DNA of 32,000 bases from Delftia acidovorans NBRC 14950 (GCF_001598795.1 NZ_BCZP01000022.1:60001-92000), one strand, 5' to 3'; numbered from the stretch's first letter, positions 17,481 through 24,345 are shown. The notes: generated by a model from the sequence alone, not told the origin. Numbers and translations are program-made.

Positions 17481-18730
17481 TATTCTTTTGAAAACAGCAA
17501 TCCCGGATTGTCTCGCACCGAGGCCAGGGTCCGCTGCTCCTGCGCCCTATCCCCGGCACGGCCGTGGCGCACTACGGAATAGACAGGGCCTTCGCCCTCG
17601 TCTTCACCTTCTGCCCGCAGCACCACCGTGGCCGGCGCCTGCCGCGCGCAGCCCTTGGCGCATCCGGTCACATGCAGGTGCGCGCCGTGGGGCACCTGCG
17701 GCGCCAGCTCCAGCGCCAGGGCCTGCGTGGGACCCAGGGCCTGGGTGCAGCCCGGCGCGCCGGTACAGGCGGATACGCGCAGGCGCGGGTCATGGGCGTG
17801 GGTGATCCAGTCAGCGGCGTTGTCCAGCCCTGCAGCCGCCCACCCGCAAGGCAGGGCGGCGCCAGCTTCCGCGTTTTCGTCTTCCACCAGCAGCATGCGC
17901 CAGGGTGTCACACGCAAAAAGGCCTGCTCAGGCAAGGCGCGCACCAGCCGCGCCAGCGCCACGGCCGGCAAGCGGCCCAGCGGCGCGCCCAGCAGCCAGC
18001 CCACGCCGGGCACGGCACCGGGCGCCGGTCCTTCGCCGTGGACCGGGGTTTCTGTCTCCACCCAGTCCAGTCCGGGGGGCGGCTGCAGTTGCGCCGCCAC
18101 CGCGGCCATGCGTCCGGGCCGCAAGCCCTGGGCGCGGCGAAGAGAGGCCTGACCGGCAAACCAGCGCGCCAGCGCCAGGCCTGCGGCCACGGCCTGGTCC
18201 GCCTCGGCCACGGCCAGCGCCTGCTGCCGTCCATCGGGCTGCACCAGCCAGCCGGTGGAGGTGCGCTGCAGGCGGATATCGGCGGACACGCCGGCCAGCC
18301 GGCCCGGCGCGCCCTCCACCGACCAGCCGAACTTGGCCGGCAGCCCCGCCAGGTCGTCGGCCGCATCCAGTGCCTGCTGCAGGGCCTGGCCCAGCGCATG
18401 GACGGCCTCCTGCGGCCGGCACAGCGGGTCGATCACCAAGTTGCGGCGGCGCTCGCGGCCCGCGTCGGCGTCCAGCAGGCCCACGGCCGCCAGGGCGCGC
18501 AGCACGGCGGCGTGCCGCCCGGGCGCAATGCCGCGCAACTGCACATTGGCGCGGCTGGACAGCTCCAGCGCGCCGTTGCCATGCACCCAGGCCAGGCGCG
18601 CCAGCCGCCGCGCCTGGGCCACCGTCAGGCGGCCCAGCGGCGGGCGCACGCGCAGCACCAGCCCATCGCCGGAGGCCATGGGCTGCCAGGCGCCGGGGCA
18701 CCAGCCTTGGATGTGGGGAGGGGTATGCAT
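17480..18730 (-). CDS. cobG: Precorrin-3B synthase (oxygen-dependent ring-contraction monooxygenase)
   Basis: The track ORF 17480..18856 (GTG start) was trimmed to ATG 18730 (MHTPPHIQGWCPGAWQPMASGDGLVLRVRPPLGRLT... is the typical CobG N-terminus). It has a sulfite/nitrite-reductase-like Cys cluster (SACTGAPGCTQA...VTGCAKGCA). Confidence 0.88.
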   Translation of the reverse strand: MHTPPHIQGWCPGAWQPMASGDGLVLRVRPPLGRLTVAQARRLARLAWVHGNGALELSSRANVQLRGIAPGRHAAVLRALAAVGLLDADAGRERRRNLVIDPLCRPQEAVHALGQALQQALDAADDLAGLPAKFGWSVEGAPGRLAGVSADIRLQRTSTGWLVQPDGRQQALAVAEADQAVAAGLALARWFAGQASLRRAQGLRPGRMAAVAAQLQPPPGLDWVETETPVHGEGPAPGAVPGVGWLLGAPLGRLPAVALARLVRALPEQAFLRVTPWRMLLVEDENAEAGAALPCGWAAAGLDNAADWITHAHDPRLRVSACTGAPGCTQALGPTQALALELAPQVPHGAHLHVTGCAKGCARQAPATVVLRAEGEDEGEGPVYSVVRHGRAGDRAQEQRTLASVRDNPGLLFSKE

Positions 18731-18780
18731 GGGGTAGGGGCCCCGACTGTAGCGCCGGCGCACCCGGCATCCCAGGTGCA

Positions 18781-18841
18781 AGACCCGCATGCGTTCATGA
18801 AATGCGGGCTTTCTTGATCCAGCCCGCCTGGGAAGCGGGCT
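18781..18841 (-). promoter_or_regulatory. cobG 5' leader with three mutually exclusive hairpins
   Basis: Four segments are named in the order they are transcribed on the minus strand. Segment 1 is 18835-18841, segment 2 is 18821-18827, segment 3 is 18804-18810 and segment 4 is 18784-18790. Their sequences are AGCCCGC / GCGGGCT / AGCCCGC(AT) / (AT)GCGGG. Pairings 1:2, 2:3 and 3:4 are all perfect 7-bp helices. The function is not established. Confidence 0.35.
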
Positions 18842-18977
18842 GGTAACGCCTAACACCCATCTAGCCTAAATTTGTCAATTCAAGTTGAAATTTAACAATT
18901 CACCCTTAGGGTTTTATCAAATTGATCATTTATTTTTGATAGAAACTGATACTTGCACCACCTACCTGGAAAGCGCC

Positions 18978-20765
18978 ATGAATCTCCGCACCTGGACCGT
19001 CAAGACCAAGCTCTACGCCGCCTTTACCGCCCTGGCTTTACTGGTCGCACTGGTTTCCGTATCTGCCCTTCATGCGCTGGACGGTTCCGACCGCAACCTG
19101 ACGCAGTTCGTCGACGGCGTGAACGCCCGCGCCCATCTGGCCGAACAGGTGCGCGCGGCCGTGGACAGCCGCGCCATCGCGGCGCGCAACCTGGTGCTGG
19201 TGAACACGCCAGCCGATCTGGACATGGAAAAAACGGCCGTGTACGCCGCCCATGCTGCGGTCAAGTCCCACCTGGACCAGCTCAAGGCCCTTGTGGCCGC
19301 GCCCGGGGTGGGCGAGGAGGCTCGCGCCCTGGTCGCCCGCATCGACCAGATAGAGCAGCGCTACGGCCCGGTGGCGCTGGACATCGTTTCGCTGGCGCTG
19401 CGCCAGCAAAGGGACGAGGCCATTGCCAAGATGAACAGCGAGTGCCGGCCGCTGCTGGCCCAGCTGATCGCGGCCACCGACGAGTACAGCCGGCTCACGC
19501 GCCAGCACGCCCAGGTCATGGTGGAGCAGGCCACGCAGTCCTATGTGCAGCAACGCAACATGCAGATCGGCGTGAGCGCGGTCGCCTTCGTGCTGGCCCT
19601 GCTCATGGGCCGGCTGATCGCACGCGGCCTGACACGCGCGCTGGGGGCCGAGCCTGCCCAGCTCGGTGAAGTCGCCCGCCAGATCGCCGACGGCAACCTC
19701 GACCCCGGACTGGTGCGCAGCGAAGCGCCCGCAGGCAGCGTGCAGGCCTCGCTCAACGCCATGCACCAGAGCCTGGCCAGCGTGGTCAGCGATGTGCGCA
19801 ACAACGCCGACAGCGTGGCCGTGGCCAGCGAGCAGATCGCCAAGGGCAATGCCGACCTGAGCCGCCGCACCGAGCAGCAGGCCAGCGCGCTGCAGGAAAC
19901 CGCAGCCTCCATGGACGAACTGTCTTCCACCGTGCAGCAGAACGCGGACAACGCGCGCCAGGTCAACCAGCTCGCGCGCGGCGCCAGCCAGGTGGCGGTC
20001 AAGGGCGGCGCCGTGGTGCAGGAAGTAGTGGGCGCCATGCAGGACATCCATGCCAGCTCGCGCCAGATCGGCGACATCGTGGGCGTGATCGACTCCATCG
20101 CCTTCCAGACCAACATCCTGGCCCTGAACGCCGCCATCGAGGCCGCGCGTGCCGGCGAGCAGGGCAAGGGCTTCGCCGTGGTGGCCGCCGAGGTACGCAC
20201 CCTGGCCCAGCGCAGCGCGCAGGCCGCCCGCGAGATCAAGCAGCTCATCACTGACAGCGCCACGCGCGTCAGCCAGGGCGCGGAGCTGGCCGACCAGGCC
20301 GGCGCCACCATGGCCGAGGTGCTGCAATCCATACAGCGCGTGACCGACCTCATGGGCGAGATCAGCAACGCCAGCGACGAGCAAAGCGCCGGTGTGGCCC
20401 AGGTCGGGCAGGCCATGAGCCAGATGGACCAGGTCACGCAGCAAAACGCCGCCCTGGTGGAGGAAAGCGCGGCGGCGGCCTCCAGCCTCAAGTCCCAGGC
20501 CCAGCGCCTGGTGCAGGCCGTGGCCATCTTCCGCCTGGGCCATCAGGGCAATGTGCCCCAGCAGCCGGGTTTTCAGGCGCCGCTGCCGGCGTCCGTGCCC
20601 ATGCGCGCGGCCACGGCATCTGCGTTGGCGCCAGCCAAGCCTGCACGTGCACCTGCTTCTGCTCCTGCCCCCGTGCGGACGGCAGCTGCTGCTCGCACCT
20701 CGCCCCCTGCACGCATCGCTGCGGCCAGCCCGCCTGCCGAATCGCAGGACTGGACCAGCTTCTGA
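18978..20765 (+). CDS. Methyl-accepting chemotaxis protein (four-helix-bundle sensor, HAMP, signalling domain, C-terminal xWxxF pentapeptide)
   Basis: The track ORF 18885..20765 was trimmed to ATG 18978 ([25 protein letters not shown]...). The conserved signalling hairpin is [44 protein letters not shown]. The protein ends in ...ESQDWTSF. Confidence 0.93.
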   Translation: MNLRTWTVKTKLYAAFTALALLVALVSVSALHALDGSDRNLTQFVDGVNARAHLAEQVRAAVDSRAIAARNLVLVNTPADLDMEKTAVYAAHAAVKSHLDQLKALVAAPGVGEEARALVARIDQIEQRYGPVALDIVSLALRQQRDEAIAKMNSECRPLLAQLIAATDEYSRLTRQHAQVMVEQATQSYVQQRNMQIGVSAVAFVLALLMGRLIARGLTRALGAEPAQLGEVARQIADGNLDPGLVRSEAPAGSVQASLNAMHQSLASVVSDVRNNADSVAVASEQIAKGNADLSRRTEQQASALQETAASMDELSSTVQQNADNARQVNQLARGASQVAVKGGAVVQEVVGAMQDIHASSRQIGDIVGVIDSIAFQTNILALNAAIEAARAGEQGKGFAVVAAEVRTLAQRSAQAAREIKQLITDSATRVSQGAELADQAGATMAEVLQSIQRVTDLMGEISNASDEQSAGVAQVGQAMSQMDQVTQQNAALVEESAAAASSLKSQAQRLVQAVAIFRLGHQGNVPQQPGFQAPLPASVPMRAATASALAPAKPARAPASAPAPVRTAAAARTSPPARIAAASPPAESQDWTSF

Positions 20766-20783
20766 GGCCGGGAATCCGCACGC

Positions 20784-21935
20784 ATGCGCCGCTACCGCTC
20801 CTGCACCGCGCCCCTGGACAAGGCTGCGCAGGTGCGCGAACTGGAAGAGTTCTTCCGCGGGCAAAACCCCATCGACCTCGCTGCGGCCGACTGGCACACG
20901 CGCATGGAGCAAGGCCTGACCGCCGAGGAAGAAGCCGAATTCACTGAATGGCTGGCAGCCAGCACGGCGCACGAGGCTGCCTTGCGCCACCTGGGCCAGA
21001 GCCTGGCGGCAGCGCGGTCCACTCCCCCCGAACAGGTGGCACGCCTGCGCGCGGAGCAGGCACGCAGGCGCTCGCAGTCGGCGCCTCACGCACACCCGGA
21101 ACCGGCCCCGCAGCGCCCGTCCTCCGAAGAGCGCCAAGGCTGGAGCTGGTCCCGCCTGCTGCCGCGCCCTGCCCTGGCGGCCCTGTGCTGCACGGTGGCC
21201 CTGGTCCTGACCCTGGTCCTGGCCGTGGGCGTGGGCTGGCACCAGTGGCAGCAGCAACCCACCTTCACCAGCAGCCACCTGACCCCACGGGGCCAGGCCA
21301 GGACCATCACCTTGCCGGATGGCACCGCACTGTCCCTGGATGCCGATACCCAGGCGCAGGTGGCCCTGTACCGCGACCGGCGCGAGGTGCGCATCACGCA
21401 AGGGCAGATCCTGTTTGCCGTGGCGCTCGACAGCGCCAGGCCCTTTCATGTGCTGGCCGGCCCGGCGCGCGTCACCGTGGGCGGCACGCGGTTTTCCGTG
21501 CGCTATCGCGCCACGGGCATGGAGGCGGGCAGCGTGCAGGTAGCCGTGCAGGAAGGCCATGTGCGTGTGGCCGGCGCGCAAGGCACGGCAGCCGCTGGCG
21601 CCGCGCCCGCCGCCCTGGTCGCGGGCCAGGCCCTGAGCGTGTCGCCTGCAGGCGTGCTCGGTCCGGTGTCGGCTGTGGCGCCCGGCAGCATTGCGCTGTG
21701 GCGCAAGGGACTGATCCGCTTCGAGAACACGCCCCTGGCCGACGCCCTGGCCGAGCTGGAGCGCTACGGGCCGACCGGCCTGGTGGTGCACGACCCGGCC
21801 GTGGCGGCCCTGCGCATTGGCGGCACCTACCAGACCAATCGCCCCGCCGAGTTCGCACGCATGCTGGCCCAGATCCTGCCTGTCACTCTGGTGGCCGGGC
21901 CTGATGGCCAGACCGAGATTGCCGCTGCGCCTTGA
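20784..21935 (+). CDS. FecR-family transmembrane sensor / anti-sigma-like protein
   Basis: 383-aa ORF. It has an N-terminal anti-sigma-type segment (AAADWHTRMEQGLTAEEEAEFTEWLAAS), one TM helix (ALAALCCTVALVLTLVLAVGVGW) and a FecR domain (TLPDGTALSLDADTQAQVAL...RITQGQILFAV...FSVRY). The C-terminal domain has LIRFENTPLADALAELERY. Confidence 0.85.
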   Translation: MRRYRSCTAPLDKAAQVRELEEFFRGQNPIDLAAADWHTRMEQGLTAEEEAEFTEWLAASTAHEAALRHLGQSLAAARSTPPEQVARLRAEQARRRSQSAPHAHPEPAPQRPSSEERQGWSWSRLLPRPALAALCCTVALVLTLVLAVGVGWHQWQQQPTFTSSHLTPRGQARTITLPDGTALSLDADTQAQVALYRDRREVRITQGQILFAVALDSARPFHVLAGPARVTVGGTRFSVRYRATGMEAGSVQVAVQEGHVRVAGAQGTAAAGAAPAALVAGQALSVSPAGVLGPVSAVAPGSIALWRKGLIRFENTPLADALAELERYGPTGLVVHDPAVAALRIGGTYQTNRPAEFARMLAQILPVTLVAGPDGQTEIAAAP

Positions 21936-21988
21936 GCACGGAGGCGGGGCGCCGGGGCCGCGCGGCGGTTGATCGAACAGCTCGGTCG

Positions 21989-22699
21989 TCAGCTTCCCCG
22001 CAGCCGGCGCCGGTGTTCGATCACCGTGCCCAGCAGAACCAGTCGGTTCCTGTCGCTGCGCAGCACGGCATGGTCTTCGTTGAGCGGTACCAGATCAAAG
22101 ACCTCGGTGCCGTCCTCTCCCACTCCGCGCACGCGGTACTTTCTGAGCAGCACCTGCCGCTTGCCATTCCTGGCCAGCACATGGTCGCCGGGCCGGGGGC
22201 TGGCCTGGGGATCGATCAGCACACGGTCGCCCTCGCGCAATTCGGGCGACATGGCATCGCCCTCCAGCGCAAGAAAAAACGCACCGGGCGATGCGTTGTC
22301 CTTGCCGAATTCGATGTCCAGGGTTTCAGCGGGATCGGGAAATGCGCCGTCATCTGCCAGGGATGCAGCCTGGGCATGCGAGAGAACGGGATATTGGCGC
22401 AATCCTTTGGGAAACTCGGGCAGATTGGTGCCGGGCGTGTCCCCATCTGGAAGCAGGGCCGGCAAATCGGAAACCATCTTCACCAGCCTGGGACTGATTT
22501 CGAAAAGCGAAACCTTCAAGCCCTTGGCATACGCAATGCCCGCCTCCAGGCTGATGGGCCGGTTGCCGCTTTGGTGCTGGGAGACCATGGAGGAGCCGCC
22601 AGGAATGCCGGCCTTCTCTGCGAACTCGGCCTTGCTTTTCACAGTAGAGAGCAGGCGCTTGAGGTTCGCCGCCTCTTGCTCGGTGGTCCAAACTTTCAT
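21989..22699 (-). CDS. Lambda-CI-like repressor (XRE-type HTH plus S24 LexA-like domain with substituted catalytic/cleavage residues)
   Basis: 236-aa ORF, collinear by eye with lambda CI. LKVSLFEISPRL aligns with LKVSVEEFSPSI, YPVLSHAQAAS with YPVFSHVQAGMF, FFLALEGDAMSP with FWLEVEGNSMTAP, and GDRVLIDP with GMLILVDP. G+C and third-position G+C are visibly lower than in the neighbours. Confidence 0.9.
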   Translation of the reverse strand: MKVWTTEQEAANLKRLLSTVKSKAEFAEKAGIPGGSSMVSQHQSGNRPISLEAGIAYAKGLKVSLFEISPRLVKMVSDLPALLPDGDTPGTNLPEFPKGLRQYPVLSHAQAASLADDGAFPDPAETLDIEFGKDNASPGAFFLALEGDAMSPELREGDRVLIDPQASPRPGDHVLARNGKRQVLLRKYRVRGVGEDGTEVFDLVPLNEDHAVLRSDRNRLVLLGTVIEHRRRLRGS

Positions 22700-22702
22700 G
22701 TA

Positions 22703-22764
22703 GCGATGCTAATAATCGAAACCATTAGCAATGCTTTTCATTTTTTGATAGCTATGCTAAATTT
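22703..22764. promoter_or_regulatory. Operator-like array: three copies of GCnnTGCTAA(T/A) in the 70-bp divergent intergenic region
   Basis: GCGATGCTAAT lies at 22703-22713. Its inverted partner ATTAGCAATGC lies at 22724-22734. Together they form TGCTAAT-N10-ATTAGCA. A third direct copy, GCTATGCTAAA, lies at 22751-22761. All were read directly. Confidence 0.5.
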
Positions 22765-22769
22765 TTCCC

Positions 22770-23474
22770 ATGAAAAATGCAGCCAGCAAAACCCTGTTCC
22801 ACCGTTTCATCCCCGGCCTGCGCTTCCACTCGTTCTGGTACTACCAGGCACGCGGCTCCACGGGCAGGGTGCGCTGGGCGCGGCTGCCCATGGTGTCCGA
22901 CGCCTGTGCGCTGGCCGATCCCCATGGCGCATGGTGGTGTGCGCAGCGGTGCGCCGCCGTTTTGGCGCAGCGGCCATGGCGGTCCATGCAACTGCCGCCC
23001 GGCCTGCCTGCGCAGCCGGATGCCCGCCAGATGGCGCATGTCCTGCAGCAATGGCTGCCGGGCTGGAGCGCTGCGCCGGCCAGCGTGCAGGTCTGTGCCC
23101 ACGCGCTTGAGAACGGCGGCAGTGCGCTGCTGCAGCTGCATGTCTGGGCCAGGAGCGCGCCCAGCATTCTTTGGGCATGGGTGGTAGGGGTGGAGGTCCA
23201 GGCGCGCCAATCCCTTCAGGGGCTGGCGCCTGCGCCAGGCAGCCTGCAAGCCGGGCACCTGTCCCCGCGAGCCCTGCTGATCGTTCCCTTCGGCCAGGAC
23301 ATGCCCTGGGCCACCGGCCATACCGCCCGGGTTCGCCTGCATGCACGGGGACCTCAACCGCACGGGCCACATGAAGTGGTGGCGCAGGACGGCTGCTGGT
23401 TTGAAGACAGTGGCCTGGATGCCGTGTTGCTGAAGCCGGTCTTGCGCGTTCAGGATGAGCGCGTATCCCTATGA
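22770..23474 (+). CDS. Hypothetical Trp-rich protein (234 aa), no family recognised
   Basis: The ORF has host-like codon bias (CTG, GCC, GGC, CGC preferred; high third-position G+C). It has 12 Trp and 5 Cys and no signal peptide or TM segment. It is divergent from the CI-like repressor. The competing minus-strand ORFs are Arg/Pro/Ala-rich and look spurious. Confidence 0.6.
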   Translation: MKNAASKTLFHRFIPGLRFHSFWYYQARGSTGRVRWARLPMVSDACALADPHGAWWCAQRCAAVLAQRPWRSMQLPPGLPAQPDARQMAHVLQQWLPGWSAAPASVQVCAHALENGGSALLQLHVWARSAPSILWAWVVGVEVQARQSLQGLAPAPGSLQAGHLSPRALLIVPFGQDMPWATGHTARVRLHARGPQPHGPHEVVAQDGCWFEDSGLDAVLLKPVLRVQDERVSL

Positions 23475-23478
23475 AGAG

Positions 23479-23508
23479 CCAGATGGGGCCAGATGGCGCC
23501 AGATGGCG
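23479..23508. repeat. Three tandem 10-bp direct repeats CCAGATGG(G/C)G
   Basis: CCAGATGGGG, CCAGATGGCG and CCAGATGGCG were read directly. They begin 5 nt after the stop of the Trp-rich ORF and lie about 140 nt upstream of the DsbG-like gene. Confidence 0.9.
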
Positions 23509-23648
23509 CAAGCGATTTCCTATAACGATGGAACGCGGTGGATGCACTCCGACTCACACTGTCCGCAGCTGTTGCCACAGCACCAGGCGCTGCACCCTTG
23601 CCGCACAGCGCCGCCCCCTCATTCATTCAACCGTTTCAAGGAGTTCCC

Positions 23649-24251
23649 ATGCATCTTCAACGCACCGTCCTTTTTGCAGGCATGGCTGCCAGCCTCTTTC
23701 TGGCGGCGGGATGGGCCACGGCCGCAGAAGGCCCTGCCACGGCCCAGGCACCCCAGGCCAAGGTCCAGGCCGCCAAGCCGGCGGGCGACACCGTGCAGTC
23801 GCAGCTGGAGGCCTCCACCTGGGTGCCCGACGGCAAGGCCGATGCGCCGCGCGTGATCTATACCTTCACCGACCCCAACTGCAAGTACTGCCACAAGTTC
23901 TGGGAGGCCGCACGCCCCTGGGTGGATGCAGGCAAGGTGCAGCTGCGCCACATCCTGGTGGGCATGATCCGGGACGACAGCCCGGCCAAGGCCGCCGCCA
24001 TCCTGCAGGCCCCGGACCGCGCGGCCGCACTGATGGAGCACGAGAAGAAGTCCGCCCAGGGCGGCATAGCCCCCGCCTTCAGCGTCAGCCCCGACGTGCG
24101 CAAGACGCTGGAGGCCCACCGCAAGCTGATGATGTCCCTGGGGTTCCGTGGCACGCCGGGCATCGTGGTGATCGACAGCCAGGGCGGCACCAAGAGCTAT
24201 GGCGGCATGCCGCGCGATGCGGCCCTGCCCGAGGTGTTCGGGGCGCTGTGA
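23649..24251 (+). CDS. dsbG: DsbG-like periplasmic thiol:disulfide oxidoreductase (catalytic thioredoxin domain only)
   Basis: The track ORF 23538..24251 was trimmed to ATG 23649, preceded by AAGGAG. It has a signal peptide (MHLQRTVLFAGMAASLFLAAGWATA). VIYTFTDPNCKYCHKFWEAARPWVDAGKVQLRHILVGMI closely resembles the E. coli DsbG active-site region (CxxC). Confidence 0.85.
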   Translation: MHLQRTVLFAGMAASLFLAAGWATAAEGPATAQAPQAKVQAAKPAGDTVQSQLEASTWVPDGKADAPRVIYTFTDPNCKYCHKFWEAARPWVDAGKVQLRHILVGMIRDDSPAKAAAILQAPDRAAALMEHEKKSAQGGIAPAFSVSPDVRKTLEAHRKLMMSLGFRGTPGIVVIDSQGGTKSYGGMPRDAALPEVFGAL

Positions 24252-24345
24252 ACGGGCTGCCGTGAACGGGACGCCAGGTGGTGCCCACACCTCGGCAGCC
24301 ACGAGTAGCATGGCCGGCAGGATCACCACTGCGGAGAACGCCACC

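Noticed and set aside
18795-18860. A 21-codon upstream ORF (MGVRRYQPASQAGWIKKARIS*) spanning the alternative hairpins of the cobG leader, as a possible leader peptide.
   Set aside because: Its ATG lies upstream of the transcription start implied by the only decent -35/-10 pair I could find. It has no SD and no run of regulatory codons. It is kept only as a note.
18731-18880. Annotating a cobalamin riboswitch as a feature upstream of cobG.
   Set aside because: The conserved core and B12 box are only partially matched by eye, and the available leader is much shorter than the classical element. Without a covariance-model search I cannot support the call, so it is reported as a question in the findings instead.
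21936-23650. Calling the CI-like repressor region a prophage or other mobile element.
   Set aside because: The window contains no integrase, recombinase, transposase, tRNA attachment site, flanking direct repeats or phage structural genes. Only the repressor gene itself looks compositionally foreign.
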